DNA from: Octopus sinensis
Taxonomy: Eukaryota
Length of the DNA stretch: 64,000 nucleotides
Reading direction: 5' to 3'
NCBI RefSeq assembly: GCF_006345805.1
Contig: NC_043007.1
Span: forward strand, 53,816,001 to 53,880,000
The notes beneath the pieces are model-generated. The model searched no databases. It saw only the letters and a list, made by a program, of their open reading frames with translations, and was not told where the DNA came from. A program made the position numbers and the translations under genes. Shown here in pieces: positions 63,431-64,000 of this stretch; positions within the stretch are counted from its first letter, which is position 1, and every line of letters starts with the position of its first letter.

Positions 63431-64000
63431 CAAGCAAAATTTATATTTCTCATTCATCTGTAGTTTGCATGAATACTTCATATAGCATTATTACTTGGTC
63501 CTTTTCTACAAATTCAGCATGGACATTTCTCTCATGGCAATGGGATCCTGTCCTCTTTCCTACTTACTAACACTTCAATTTTTTTCTAAATTCACTTTGC
63601 AACCTCATGATTCCAAGTTTAATTTCTATGCGTGATATTTCTTTTCACATACATACATGCTTGCATGCATTATATATATACATGCTTGCATGCATTACAT
63701 ATATACATGTATGCATACATACATACATACATACATACAGGCATACTTCACTTGAAGTCACAAGTCGCATATTTGGAATGGGAGACTATTTATTGAAAAT
63801 ACAATGATTACTATCTCCAACTTTGAAGCCACAACCATCAGCTTTGTTAAACTAGTTTATCTTTGGATGAATTAACCTTTATTTCAAGACCATAGCAATT
63901 TTTGACTGCAACTTGACTCATGCAGAGAGTTATTTACAAACGACATGTCATTTTCTTTGTCTTGCAAAAATACTTGGTGACCCTGTTTGTGTAGGTACCA

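Overview
AT-rich eukaryotic genomic DNA that is almost entirely intronic or intergenic and dominated by transposon relics. The repeat landscape (RTE LINEs with (ATG)n tails, tRNA-type SINEs, dense microsatellites) suggests a cephalopod such as Octopus; this is an inference, not a database result. One host gene is supported: a partial galectin on the + strand, with three exons encoding one carbohydrate-recognition domain (42943-44552) and a probable proline-rich linker exon at 59461-59523. Its start exon and any second CRD were not found. The rest comprises Ty3/Gypsy relics, RTE, CR1-like and restriction-endonuclease-type LINEs, Penelope-like fragments, SINEs, three mariners, a piggyBac, a hAT and two foldback elements with 8-bp target-site duplications. 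No rRNA, tRNA gene or CRISPR array is supported, and most ORFs in the supplied track are spurious. The strongest candidates for something undescribed are: (1) a head-to-tail array of ORF1/Gag-only retroelement units at about 6.8-11.8 kb; (2) palindromic elements carrying telomere-like repeats inserted into that array; (3) an intact 53-aa Myb/SANT-like micro-ORF in the ORF1 position of a CR1-like LINE; (4) a cysteine-rich galectin with an H-x-D-x-R binding motif. All coordinates and alignments were read by eye.
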